Positions 19,901 through 30,595 of a DNA stretch of 64,000 nt are shown here, piece by piece. The stretch comes from an uncultured Bacilli bacterium (GTDB lineage Bacteria; Bacillota_I; Bacilli_A; RF39; UBA660). Both the position numbers and the translations under genes were made by a program. The stretch lies in assembly GCA_934141535.1 (NCBI GenBank), contig CAKPCH010000006.1, forward strand, positions 3,434-67,433, in the 5' to 3' direction. Below the pieces are notes generated by a model, which saw nothing but the letters and a program-made list of their open reading frames with translations, searched no databases and had not been told where the DNA came from. Positions within the stretch are counted from its first letter, which is position 1, and the number at the start of each line of letters is the position of its first letter.

Positions 19901-20804
19901 TACTTATAACTTCCTTAACTATATATATTGGTCTATTTCTACTTTCAGTATAATTTCTATATATATACTCTCCTAATATTCCAAGTACTATATAATTAAT
20001 ACCAAATAAGAATATTATTAATATTATAAGAAAATAAAATTGATTAGCTGATATAATAAAACCTAATATTAACAACATTAATGATACTAATATATTAAAT
20101 ATACCTAATTTAAATATTATATTAAGTGGTTCTTTAGAAAAAGATAATATTCCACTTACCGCATATTTAAATAACCCTTTTGTACTCCAAGATGTTTTTC
20201 CATTTATACGCTTTTCTGGAATATAAGGTAAATAATATGTATTAAAACCTATCCAAGAAAATATTCCTTTTGAAAATCTATCATGTTCACTTAAAGTTAA
20301 TACTGTATCTATTACTTTTCTATTTAATAATCTAAAATCACTAGCACCGTTTTTTAATTTCATACCAGTAGAATTAGACATGATTTTATAAAATTGAGAT
20401 TTAAAAAATGAAATTATTTTATTTTCAATTCTTTTTTCTTGATAATATGTAACAATATCTATATTACTATCATTTTCCATTACCTTGATCATATCAAGAA
20501 CTAAATGAGGAGGTTGTTGCATATCTGCATCTATTATAACGCATGCATCCCCACTACATTCCTTTAATCCAGCATATATTCCAGCTTCTTTTCCAAAGTT
20601 TCTAGAAAAATTTATTATCTTTATTTCAAAAATTTTCTCTTTTAATAAAGATTTTAACTCTTCTAATGTATTATCTTTTGAACCATCATTTATAAATATT
20701 AATTCTACTTTATATTTATCTTTAAATGATTTAACCACATCATCATAAAATAACTTAATATTTTTACTTTCATTATAACAAGGTACTATAAATGAAACTT
20801 TCAT
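19884..20804 (-). CDS. GT2 polyprenol-phosphate hexose synthase (GtrB/Dpm1-like) with C-terminal TM helices
   Basis: 306 aa with a GT-A fold (KVSFIVPCYNE, DADMQQP, DxD) and two C-terminal TM helices, as in GtrB/CsbB. Confidence 0.75.
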   Translation of the reverse strand: MKVSFIVPCYNESKNIKLFYDDVVKSFKDKYKVELIFINDGSKDNTLEELKSLLKEKIFEIKIINFSRNFGKEAGIYAGLKECSGDACVIIDADMQQPPHLVLDMIKVMENDSNIDIVTYYQEKRIENKIISFFKSQFYKIMSNSTGMKLKNGASDFRLLNRKVIDTVLTLSEHDRFSKGIFSWIGFNTYYLPYIPEKRINGKTSWSTKGLFKYAVSGILSFSKEPLNIIFKLGIFNILVSLMLLILGFIISANQFYFLIILIIFLFGINYIVLGILGEYIYRNYTESRNRPIYIVKEVISNEKNN

Positions 20805-22309
20805 AAATCTCTACTCCTTACTAATTCTACTTTACTTCCAACAGGTATTTTATAATATAATTCAAATGTATAAAGGTGCCAATTATTAGAGAATTCATCC
20901 TTAGTTATTATTAAATCCATTTGTGGATTAGCATTCCATAAATATCTATTTGGAAGTTGTATTAATTTAATAGTTTCTTCTTTATTATTTAATTGTTCTT
21001 TAATATAATCTGCTCTTCTTATGAATAAGATATAACAAAATGAATAAAAAATCAAGAAGAAAGTTACTATGGCTCCTAAAACAAATTTATTAAATCTTAA
21101 AAATTTTACATTTTCTAATATTTTTAAATTTAGAGAATCTATTATTAGGAATGCGCAAATAAATAACATGATATTTGAAAGATATGAAGTTCTTCCACCA
21201 CATAAAGGAGATAACATCATAGCTCCATTATTTATCAAGGCTATTAGGAAGAAAAATAATATTTTCTTTTTATCAACTTTAGAATACTTTATTACAAGTG
21301 CTACTAACAATATTAAAAATAATACCCAATAAATACATAAATACCACCTATGACAATCTAACAATATTCCAAAATATTTTGGACTTCTTCTAAAAACTAC
21401 ATAATATAAATTAGTGAAAGAAGTTAATACAGGTATTATACTTGAAAATAATATTAATATATATTTTTTTATTCCTTTTATATTATCTTTTATTAATACT
21501 ATAGATATAAATACTAAAATAAGAGTTAAATAACTATTTTTTACAAATACTTCATTTAATTGTCTTGGGAATGTAGAAATAATTTTTTCAATTAAAGTCA
21601 TATTGTTAAATGCATCCATAGTATTTAATCTATTAAGAGTACCTGGACTATTTAACATTAAATAAAGGCCTATTAAAGAAGTAAACATAGAAATAAGCAT
21701 TAATATATTTATCTTCTTATTTTTAATATATTGATATACTATTACTAATATATAAACAGTTATTATACCAACAGTTACATTTTCTACAAACATTGAATTT
21801 ATAAAACTTAATATAGGTATTATTATATAAAATATTTTGTTATATTTTATATCTGAATCATTAAATATATTTCTATTTATATATATTAAAAATATTAAAA
21901 ATATCATAGGTATAAAATAAGTAGTATTACCAGTTATCCATACATATACTTGAGAAAAAGTTTCTTCATCTACTAATAATAATGATTCTAATATAAATAC
22001 TAGAAAGAATGATTTCTTTTTTGAATTAACCATTTTATTTATAAAATAGTATAAGAATGTCATACCACATGCATTAACTATTACCCAAATAGGTTTATAA
22101 TATACAAATACTAAGTCAAATACTCTACTAAAAAATCTTCCTTCAAATGAGTTATAACTATCAACAGCTATCTTAATCATTGTACTAATCTTTCCATCAT
22201 AAAGTATATTATTCCAATCATCACCAGTATATGGAACTAAAAAACCTAATATAAGGAAAAAGATAAATACTAATGCACAATAAAATTTTATGTCTTTCCC
22301 TTTTTTCAC
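20801..22309 (-). CDS. Polytopic membrane protein, candidate GT-C glycosyltransferase or polymerase
   Basis: 502 aa with about 12 TM helices. Lies directly upstream of the GtrB-like and GtrA-like genes and is translationally coupled (4-nt overlap). Confidence 0.5.
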   Translation of the reverse strand: MKKGKDIKFYCALVFIFFLILGFLVPYTGDDWNNILYDGKISTMIKIAVDSYNSFEGRFFSRVFDLVFVYYKPIWVIVNACGMTFLYYFINKMVNSKKKSFFLVFILESLLLVDEETFSQVYVWITGNTTYFIPMIFLIFLIYINRNIFNDSDIKYNKIFYIIIPILSFINSMFVENVTVGIITVYILVIVYQYIKNKKINILMLISMFTSLIGLYLMLNSPGTLNRLNTMDAFNNMTLIEKIISTFPRQLNEVFVKNSYLTLILVFISIVLIKDNIKGIKKYILILFSSIIPVLTSFTNLYYVVFRRSPKYFGILLDCHRWYLCIYWVLFLILLVALVIKYSKVDKKKILFFFLIALINNGAMMLSPLCGGRTSYLSNIMLFICAFLIIDSLNLKILENVKFLRFNKFVLGAIVTFFLIFYSFCYILFIRRADYIKEQLNNKEETIKLIQLPNRYLWNANPQMDLIITKDEFSNNWHLYTFELYYKIPVGSKVELVRSRDL

Positions 22310-22330
22310 AAAACTTCACCTCTTACTAAA

Positions 22331-24832
22331 CTACTTTATATTTTCTAATTTATAAATAATATTAGCTATTCTTTTATTAAAATGTTTTAAATATAAATTT
22401 TTAAATGTAGGAGCTTTTAAATATTTATTATTTTTATAATTTGGAAAATTTAAATTAATTTTATTTATTACTAAATCTACACCCTTACAAAATTCTTGTT
22501 TATCTTTAAAATGCGCTAAACGTTTAACAAATGTAGCAAACAAATATCTAACACAAGAATATTCTAATTCATCTTTATATAATTCATATAATTTATTATC
22601 TTTATACCATTTTATTATTCCATCAAAATTTGAAACATAATCATATAATCTCTTATCTACTGTATGTGTTATAGCGCCCTCTCTTTGAACATAATTTATT
22701 AAATAATCATCTATTGTTCCTATTGAATTAATAGATGGATATAATCTATAAATAAATTCAACATCCTCAAACCATACTTTATCTTTAAAATTTATATCAT
22801 CTTTAAATAATCTTTTATTATATAATTTATTCCAAACAGCAGGATATAAATACGTCATAGCTTTTTTTACTTCATCTTTAGATTTAATATCTTTTTCTAA
22901 ATTGGTTAAAGTAGGAACTATTTTCTTATCATATATATAATTAGTATTACAAACTACCATATCAAAATCTTCTTCTATAGCTTTATTATATAATTTTTCA
23001 TACATATCATAATTAACATAATCATCACTATCTAAGAATGCTATATAATCTCCTGTTGCCTTAGTAAGTCCATAATTTCTAGCTGAAGATAAACCACCAT
23101 TTTCTTTTTTATATGCTTTAATATTTTTATATTTTTTAGCATACCTATCTATTATATCTTGACTAGAATCTTTAGTACCATCATTTACAACTATTATTTC
23201 TATATCACTTAATGTTTGATTAACTAAACTATCTAAACATTTATCTATATATTTTTCTACATTATAAACTGGTACAATAACACTAATTTTAGGATTCTTT
23301 GATTTTTTTAACATTTTAACCTCTTTAACTTTCTCTTTATTTACTACATATTTTAATTTATCATGTCTAACAAAATGAAGTAAGTATCCACTTATAAATG
23401 AAAGTGGTATTGTTACTATTAACTCATCTAATACATGTCCACTAAAATAAGATATACCTAAACATACATATATTGATATAACAAGCATAGTAGTTTTTAA
23501 TCTTAATCTATTTTTAGATAACATATATAAACCTGAATAAGTAGCAATTATTATATAAGGGCCAAATAAAAGTATTATACCTACTATTCCTATAGTATAA
23601 TAATGAACAGTAAAATCACTTTCTATATATATTTGTGAATTTCTATATCTAGAATATCCTTCACCAAAATATTTATCAAATTTATTATTATTTAATGAAT
23701 ATATTTTCTTTGTCATAAGACTTTCTAATTTACGATTGCCTCCTCTTTCACTATATGGAAGCTTCATAACATCTATCCAAAAGTCAATATCTTTAGTATA
23801 TGGATATAATTCATAAATATATGTTTTAGGTATTGAATAATAATCAAAGTACTTCTCTATAAATTCTTTTTTCTCTTCTTTAGTTTCTAATTTATATAAA
23901 GTTTCATTAATTACATCTTTATCTTTCATACCATTTTCTATTTTTTCATAGTCTGTATGAGTATATCTTAATATTAAAGGCGAATTGAGTGTTATAAGTA
24001 TTAAAAGTGAAAAACTAATTATATACATAAATACTTTTTTAAATGTTATTTCTACTTTATTCTTATCTATAATAGCAAAGAATATCCAAGCAATAAACAT
24101 AACAACACCAACTATAGCCCATCCATAAACTGCTACTCTAGTACCTATCATGATCATTGAAAGACATAAAGTAAGTGAAGATATATATGCTTTTTTACAA
24201 GAAAATCTTACAGCATAATATATATTTATAGGAAGTATTAATATAGCAAGAGCACTTATCTGATTAGCCATATAAAAATATCCTTTGCTTGCTAACTGTT
24301 CAAAAGTATAATTATCATTTAAAAACCAATCAAATATATTACCAGATATAAACTTAGGTTCACCATATGAAACAAGTGATATTTTAAATATATTTGTTAT
24401 AATTATTTCAAGTGAAAATATTAAAGATAATGTAATTATACTCTTCTTAAATGTTTCTTCTGTTATTTTTGCCTTATATACTATATATATTAACATAAGA
24501 GGTAATAAAAGTCTTATGTAATAAAATGCTTCTGTTATAAATGAAAAAGTCATATTTTCATTTATATTAATATTAAATTTTAGTGCATTTATCACATGTA
24601 GTATTAAGTATAAGAAAAGTGCTACTAAATAACCTACTATATACCAATGCTTCTTATCTTCCCTAGTTTTTATTAATGATATAGCAAAGAATATAAATAT
24701 AAATACTATTCTTATTATTGTAGAAGGAGAAAACTTAAAAATATTTGTTACTGCTTCACTATATAATAAATAAAAATCTAAAAATGGTTGTATTATTAAA
24801 AATATAAAAAGTGCTTTATCTATTTTTTTCAT
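22331..24832 (-). CDS. Fusion protein: Wzy/O-antigen-ligase-like polytopic membrane domain plus C-terminal GT2 glycosyltransferase
   Basis: 833 aa. Residues 1-500 are multi-TM. From about residue 510 there is a GT2 core (KISVIVPVYNVEKYIDKCLDSLVNQT...DSDD). Confidence 0.65.
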   Translation of the reverse strand: MKKIDKALFIFLIIQPFLDFYLLYSEAVTNIFKFSPSTIIRIVFIFIFFAISLIKTREDKKHWYIVGYLVALFLYLILHVINALKFNININENMTFSFITEAFYYIRLLLPLMLIYIVYKAKITEETFKKSIITLSLIFSLEIIITNIFKISLVSYGEPKFISGNIFDWFLNDNYTFEQLASKGYFYMANQISALAILILPINIYYAVRFSCKKAYISSLTLCLSMIMIGTRVAVYGWAIVGVVMFIAWIFFAIIDKNKVEITFKKVFMYIISFSLLILITLNSPLILRYTHTDYEKIENGMKDKDVINETLYKLETKEEKKEFIEKYFDYYSIPKTYIYELYPYTKDIDFWIDVMKLPYSERGGNRKLESLMTKKIYSLNNNKFDKYFGEGYSRYRNSQIYIESDFTVHYYTIGIVGIILLFGPYIIIATYSGLYMLSKNRLRLKTTMLVISIYVCLGISYFSGHVLDELIVTIPLSFISGYLLHFVRHDKLKYVVNKEKVKEVKMLKKSKNPKISVIVPVYNVEKYIDKCLDSLVNQTLSDIEIIVVNDGTKDSSQDIIDRYAKKYKNIKAYKKENGGLSSARNYGLTKATGDYIAFLDSDDYVNYDMYEKLYNKAIEEDFDMVVCNTNYIYDKKIVPTLTNLEKDIKSKDEVKKAMTYLYPAVWNKLYNKRLFKDDINFKDKVWFEDVEFIYRLYPSINSIGTIDDYLINYVQREGAITHTVDKRLYDYVSNFDGIIKWYKDNKLYELYKDELEYSCVRYLFATFVKRLAHFKDKQEFCKGVDLVINKINLNFPNYKNNKYLKAPTFKNLYLKHFNKRIANIIYKLENIK

Positions 24833-24840
24833 GTTATCTC

Positions 24841-26001
24841 CTATCTAAACAATTCATATAATTGTTCTAATATTTTTTCATTTTCTTTATTATAATCATA
24901 ATTTAAAAGATTATCTGTATATTTAGTTATAAGAGCTTTATTTGTAATAATATTCTTTAATCCTTTATAAAGCCCATCTATACTATTATCAACTATAAGT
25001 CCATTATAATCATTTTTTATAAGTTCACTTGTAGCAGAATTAGCAGTAGCTAATACAGGTACTTTAAGTGTCATAGCCTCTACTATTACAAGTCCAAAAG
25101 GCTCGTAAACTGATGACAATATAAACATATCTGAATTATTTATATACTGATAAGGATTATCTGTATATCCCATTAACTTAAAACAAAACTCTAAATTATT
25201 ATCTAATATTTTTTTAAGTAATATATCCTTCATAGGACCATCACCATATATTTTAAACTCTACATTATTAAGTAACTTTTCTTTATTAAGCATACTAACA
25301 GCATCTATTAATCTATCATATCCCTTCATAGAATGAAGTCTACCTACTGATATAAATTTAAGCTTTTTATCATCTTGTTTATTTTTTGTACTTGCTAATG
25401 TCTTAATTTTTTCAACATCTACAAAATTATTAATTACACATGTAATATTTTCTAAATGATATATGTCATTAAAATCATCCATTACACCTTTTGATACTGC
25501 TACTATTTTATTGAATTTAGAAAGTACATTTCTAAATAACTTGTCATACTTTGCATTACAATTAGCAATACTATAATTGTAGTGTAGCCAATGTATTTTA
25601 TTTTTACAATCGCCAAATTCAACAAAAAGTGCTGTAAAACCATCTTTAAATGCTATTTCTGTATCATAATATTTCTTTAATATTTTTCTTCTTTCTTTTT
25701 TAATTCTATATTTAATTAAACCAGTTTTCATAGATAACACTAATCTTATTTTTCTAAATATTAAAGAAATATTTTTACTTTTTAAAACTTCACCAATTGT
25801 ATAATCAACAGCACTAAAATATTTAGTACCATATATAACATTAACACTCTTAGGTAAATTATTAAGTCTTGTTCCATTATTATGTAAAACAAGTACATCT
25901 ACATTTAATTTACTATAATCAAGTCTATTTAATATATCTTCAAGAAGAATGGAAACTCCTCCCATTCTTCTTTCATCTACTACAAATAAAATATTTTTCA
26001 A
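24841..26001 (-). CDS. GT4 family glycosyltransferase
   Basis: 386 aa with a GT-B fold and a C-terminal EX7E-like region (SSVYEPFGLVIVEAM). Confidence 0.75.
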   Translation of the reverse strand: MKNILFVVDERRMGGVSILLEDILNRLDYSKLNVDVLVLHNNGTRLNNLPKSVNVIYGTKYFSAVDYTIGEVLKSKNISLIFRKIRLVLSMKTGLIKYRIKKERRKILKKYYDTEIAFKDGFTALFVEFGDCKNKIHWLHYNYSIANCNAKYDKLFRNVLSKFNKIVAVSKGVMDDFNDIYHLENITCVINNFVDVEKIKTLASTKNKQDDKKLKFISVGRLHSMKGYDRLIDAVSMLNKEKLLNNVEFKIYGDGPMKDILLKKILDNNLEFCFKLMGYTDNPYQYINNSDMFILSSVYEPFGLVIVEAMTLKVPVLATANSATSELIKNDYNGLIVDNSIDGLYKGLKNIITNKALITKYTDNLLNYDYNKENEKILEQLYELFR

Positions 26002-26005
26002 GTTA

Positions 26006-26959
26006 TCATGACTCCTTTAAAATATATTTTAATAATTTATAACGTTTTTTATAAAATAATTTACATACTATTTTATATTTTAAATCACTATTTTTAAAGT
26101 ATTTATTTTTATACCAATTAGGAAAATTGATAGTAATTATATTAATAATTTTATCTAGTTGATCATATTTTTTAAACTTAAAGAATCTAAGAGATGCAGC
26201 ATGTAATAAATGTACTATATATAAATTCTCTATTTCTTCTTTATATAAATCATATTTATTATTTTTTATAAATTCATATTTTAACGTATCAAGTGAATCA
26301 AATATATCTTCTAGTGAACTCTTATATTCTGTTTGATTCATAATTGAACCTTTTCTAATCATATAGTAATATAAATAATCATTTATATAGTCTATTCTTT
26401 TAGCATACATTCCAAGTGATGGAATAATAGCTATATCTTCATAATAATGATGTTCTAAAAATCTTAGATTATTATCAATTAATAAATCTTTTTTTATTAA
26501 TTGCCAGCACGCACCACAGCAATTTAATATATAAGTTTTATGGATATTATCACTTATTATATTAAATGTTTTCATTTCTTTAAATGTATCATTTTCTACT
26601 CTATAAAAGTTACAAACTACTATATCACTATTTTTTTGTTTAACTACATCAACTAATTTTTCTACCATAAACGTATCTACATAGTCATCACTATCAACAA
26701 ACATGACATAGTCACCATTTGATTTATCAATACCATAATTACGAGCTGATGCAAGTCCACCGTTTTCTTTTATATAACTTTTTATAATAGATGGATACTT
26801 CTTTTTATATTTATCTATAATTTTTTGACTAGAATCTTTTGTACCATCATTTACAATTATTAATTCAATATCTTTATATGTTTGATTAATTAAACTATCT
26901 AAACATTTTTTTAAATACTCTTCTACATTATAAACGGGTACTATTATACTTACCTTCAT
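26006..26959 (-). CDS. GT2 family glycosyltransferase
   Basis: 317 aa beginning MKVSIIVPVYNVEEYLKKCLDSLINQTY, with a DSDD motif. Confidence 0.75.
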   Translation of the reverse strand: MKVSIIVPVYNVEEYLKKCLDSLINQTYKDIELIIVNDGTKDSSQKIIDKYKKKYPSIIKSYIKENGGLASARNYGIDKSNGDYVMFVDSDDYVDTFMVEKLVDVVKQKNSDIVVCNFYRVENDTFKEMKTFNIISDNIHKTYILNCCGACWQLIKKDLLIDNNLRFLEHHYYEDIAIIPSLGMYAKRIDYINDYLYYYMIRKGSIMNQTEYKSSLEDIFDSLDTLKYEFIKNNKYDLYKEEIENLYIVHLLHAASLRFFKFKKYDQLDKIINIITINFPNWYKNKYFKNSDLKYKIVCKLFYKKRYKLLKYILKES

Positions 26960-26969
26960 AAATCCTCCA

Positions 26970-28418
26970 TCATTTTTTTAATCTAAAAGTAACTAAAAAC
27001 TTATCAATTAAAAAGTATTCTACATCGTCATGCATAATAAATAATATTCCTAAATAAACGAGTGCTCCAACTAGTACTTGAACTAAATTAGTAATAATAC
27101 CAGGTCCCATAATAATTCCAATAAATAAGACACTTAAAAGCATTACAGTACCTACTATTAAATATCTAAATATTTTTTTAACTACTCCATCAAAATTAAA
27201 ACTTTTTCTAACAAAGAAATATTGCATTAATAGTATTACAAGTTCAGTAAATGATGAAGCAATGCTTGCTCCGTATGCTCCAAATTTTCTTATTAGTAAA
27301 GCATTTAAAATAAGATTAACAAAACATCCACTAGTTACTGAAATTGTATATTTTTTTGATTCATCATTAGGTATTAAATATTGTACTCCAAATACATTAG
27401 ATAATGATGTAAATATTATTGTAGGAGCAAGACAACATATAATGTATGCTACTTTAGAAAATTCTTTTGGCAAAAACCATGGAATAAAGAAAGGTGCTAC
27501 AGCACTAAATCCTATAGCAATCGGTATTGATAAGAATAAGGCTATTTTAAACGTATTATTAGTTATAGCTTTTACTGCTTCACTATCCTTTTCACTTCTT
27601 TTTCTTACTATATTAGGTAACATAACAGTACCTATTGTAGTAACTATAAACAAAAACATATTAACTAGTTTATGAGCTTGAGTATAAAAACCTACTTCAC
27701 TTATATTCTCATACAAAAGTCCTATCATAGTTTGATCAAATACACTATAAATACTAGAAGATATTTGAGGTATAAAAAGAATAAAATTTTCTTTAAAATG
27801 TGGAATTATATCTTTAAATTTTGGAATTTTAAAATCAATTATTTTTCTAATACCTATCCATATCATAAGTGAACCTATAGTATTCATAATTATTATAAAT
27901 ACTATATATAAATATAAATCTGATTCATTATGTATTAAAAGTAATATTCCAGCTACTAAAAGTATTTTAATAATAAATCCTCTTAATGTAGTTTTCTTAA
28001 AATTCTCTAAGCCTACATAAAACCAAGTTATTTCAAACATAGATGATATAAGTAATCCACCTTGTAATAAAAAAGCAACATGGTATTTAAAATCAAATGT
28101 TAAGAAAACTATATAATATATTATTAATGAAATTAATGTACATAAAAATTGTAGAGAAAAAATTTCAGAGAACTTCTTTGATAATTTTTCTCTATCATTT
28201 GATACTTTTGCTATTTCTTTACTACCATATAAACTTATACCCATTGTTCCAAATAGTATAAACCAATAAACTATAGAATAAGTATAATTATATTTACCTA
28301 AGTTATCAGCACCCAACGTACGTGAAAGATAAGGTGCTGTTATAATTGGAGTTATAAATGTTAAAATTTGGTAAGCTACATTATATATATAATTAGTTGC
28401 TACTCTACTTTTTTTCAT
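26970..28418 (-). CDS. Polysaccharide flippase (Wzx/MOP superfamily)
   Basis: 482 aa with 12-14 TM helices and MOP-family topology. Lies inside the glycosyltransferase cluster. Confidence 0.75.
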   Translation of the reverse strand: MKKSRVATNYIYNVAYQILTFITPIITAPYLSRTLGADNLGKYNYTYSIVYWFILFGTMGISLYGSKEIAKVSNDREKLSKKFSEIFSLQFLCTLISLIIYYIVFLTFDFKYHVAFLLQGGLLISSMFEITWFYVGLENFKKTTLRGFIIKILLVAGILLLIHNESDLYLYIVFIIIMNTIGSLMIWIGIRKIIDFKIPKFKDIIPHFKENFILFIPQISSSIYSVFDQTMIGLLYENISEVGFYTQAHKLVNMFLFIVTTIGTVMLPNIVRKRSEKDSEAVKAITNNTFKIALFLSIPIAIGFSAVAPFFIPWFLPKEFSKVAYIICCLAPTIIFTSLSNVFGVQYLIPNDESKKYTISVTSGCFVNLILNALLIRKFGAYGASIASSFTELVILLMQYFFVRKSFNFDGVVKKIFRYLIVGTVMLLSVLFIGIIMGPGIITNLVQVLVGALVYLGILFIMHDDVEYFLIDKFLVTFRLKK

Positions 28419-29539
28419 AATTCACCCTCTATTACTTGATATAATTTATTAATTGATTCTTCATTATATTTTTTAGGATTAAATTTATTTTTAATTTTAA
28501 AACCTTTATCTAAAAATAATTTCATTCCATAATATATTGCTTCATCATTATTATCAACAACAATTCCATATTTATCCTTAATTATTTCATTAGCATCCGA
28601 TACATTTGTTGTAATAATAGGTACATTTAATGTCATAGCCTCTCCAAAAGTTGTTGGAAATCCTTCAAAATCGCTACTCATAACAAATGCATTAGCTGTT
28701 CTTATATAAGGAAATGGATTAGCCTTTTTACCATAAAATATAACATTCTCTTTTAATCCCTTTTTATCTACCATATCTTGATATAACTTATGATCAGCAC
28801 CATCACCAATCATTATAACTTTAAAATTATACCCATCTTTCTTTAATTTATCACAAGCACATATTATTCTACTTAATCTCTTATCATATTCAGTATGTCT
28901 ACTTACGTTAATAAATGTTATACAATTCTTATCATACATGTCATCCACTTTAACTTCACTACTTTTTAAAATCTTATTATAATCTATATAATTATGACTT
29001 AAAACTATTTTTTCTTTATCCATAGGATAAAGAGTTAAATATGCATCAATTGCACTCTTAGAAATAAATATATTCTTTTTAAATTTTCTAAACTTACAAC
29101 GTTTTAAAAATATATCAACTTTCTTTTCAACACTCATATTACCTTTAACTTGATTACTATTAGAAATAAATTTAATAATATTAGTATGCATATAAGCAGC
29201 ATTATTAGTTGAAGCTAAGAGTGCTACTTTAGCACTCACTTTATAACCAGTACCATAACAAACAGAAAAATCAAATTTTCTATAATATTTTAGTTTTATA
29301 TACATTATTTTAAACATATTAATTGCTTTTCTAAGTAAAGCAAACTTTATTCTTGATAATTTGTAATCTTCAACATGTACTTCATTTTTTACATTATTTA
29401 GTAAATCTCCTTTTTTATCTTGTAATAAAATAGTTACATCATATTTTGTATAATCTAAATTATTAACCAAATTTACTAAGCAACTCTCAACTCCACCAAT
29501 ACTTAAATCATATGTTGTAAATAATATTTTCTTTTTCAT
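28415..29539 (-). CDS. GT4/GT1-like glycosyltransferase
   Basis: 374 aa with a GT-B fold and a C-terminal motif (SSDFEGFPTTFGEAM). Confidence 0.7.
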   Translation of the reverse strand: MKKKILFTTYDLSIGGVESCLVNLVNNLDYTKYDVTILLQDKKGDLLNNVKNEVHVEDYKLSRIKFALLRKAINMFKIMYIKLKYYRKFDFSVCYGTGYKVSAKVALLASTNNAAYMHTNIIKFISNSNQVKGNMSVEKKVDIFLKRCKFRKFKKNIFISKSAIDAYLTLYPMDKEKIVLSHNYIDYNKILKSSEVKVDDMYDKNCITFINVSRHTEYDKRLSRIICACDKLKKDGYNFKVIMIGDGADHKLYQDMVDKKGLKENVIFYGKKANPFPYIRTANAFVMSSDFEGFPTTFGEAMTLNVPIITTNVSDANEIIKDKYGIVVDNNDEAIYYGMKLFLDKGFKIKNKFNPKKYNEESINKLYQVIEGEL

Positions 29540-29542
29540 ATA

Positions 29543-30595
29543 TTACCTCTCTAGTTTTAATATTCTATAAAAAAGTATTTTTTTAAATTTCTTATTTAAT
29601 AATAAACTAAAATATATTCTGTTTTTTAAAGTTAAATTAGGATAATATTTTAATATATATTTTTTATATGGAATAAGTAAATCTAATAAATCTAAATATT
29701 CTTTAGAATATTTCTTTTTTGTTTCAATAGAAGCTGTTTGATTTAAAAATAATAATACATTCCTATATTGAAAGAACAATCTTGCATAAATAACTTTATT
29801 ATATTTAGGCTCTATTTGTTTTAAAACACTTTCTAAAACTATTTTATGATCTTCAAATACTTTTTCTTTAGTATCTGTCATACTATTACCTGGTCTATCA
29901 ACCAAATAATAAGATAAAGCATCTTCTAAATACATTACTCTATTTGCATTTTCAAGTGCTAATAAATAAAGTAAATAATCAGTAAAACTAACTTTTTTAG
30001 GAAACTTTATATTTTTACATCTTTTAGTTTTATATAATTTTGAATGTGGACTTGGTTGTAGAAAATAAAACTCATTAGTTATACTATAAGTTCTATTTGG
30101 TATACAATTACACCCATCAAACTTAGATTTATCATAAACCTCTTCACTATTATCATTATAAACTAAATACTTAGATCCAACTACTATATCTAAATCATGA
30201 TTAATAGCTTTTTTATATAATAATTCAACTGCATCTTTTCTTAACCAATCATCTGGATCACATATCAAAAAATAAGGAGTAGTTATATTTTTTATAGCAT
30301 ACTCTAATACTGATCCATATCCGCCATTTTCTTTTTCAATACATTTAACTCTAGAATCATGTGAACTATACTCTTTTATAATACTTACACTATTATCTGG
30401 ACTACCATCACTTATAGCCCATATTTCTATTTCTTTAAATGTTTGATTAATTAAACTATCTAAACACTTTCTTAAATATTTTTCTACATTATAAATTGGA
30501 ACTATTATACTAACTTTTGCTTCTTCTTTATTATTGCTTTTCATTTGTTTTTCCTTTCTTTTTATGATCAAATAATATATCAGTTTTAAATACAA
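29543..30595 (-). CDS. GT2 family glycosyltransferase
   Basis: GT2 core (KVSIIVPIYNVEKYLRKCLDSLINQTF, DPDD). The true start is probably the internal Met (MKSNNKEE), which removes most of the overlap with the upstream gene. Confidence 0.7.
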   Translation of the reverse strand: MYLKLIYYLIIKRKEKQMKSNNKEEAKVSIIVPIYNVEKYLRKCLDSLINQTFKEIEIWAISDGSPDNSVSIIKEYSSHDSRVKCIEKENGGYGSVLEYAIKNITTPYFLICDPDDWLRKDAVELLYKKAINHDLDIVVGSKYLVYNDNSEEVYDKSKFDGCNCIPNRTYSITNEFYFLQPSPHSKLYKTKRCKNIKFPKKVSFTDYLLYLLALENANRVMYLEDALSYYLVDRPGNSMTDTKEKVFEDHKIVLESVLKQIEPKYNKVIYARLFFQYRNVLLFLNQTASIETKKKYSKEYLDLLDLLIPYKKYILKYYPNLTLKNRIYFSLLLNKKFKKILFYRILKLER

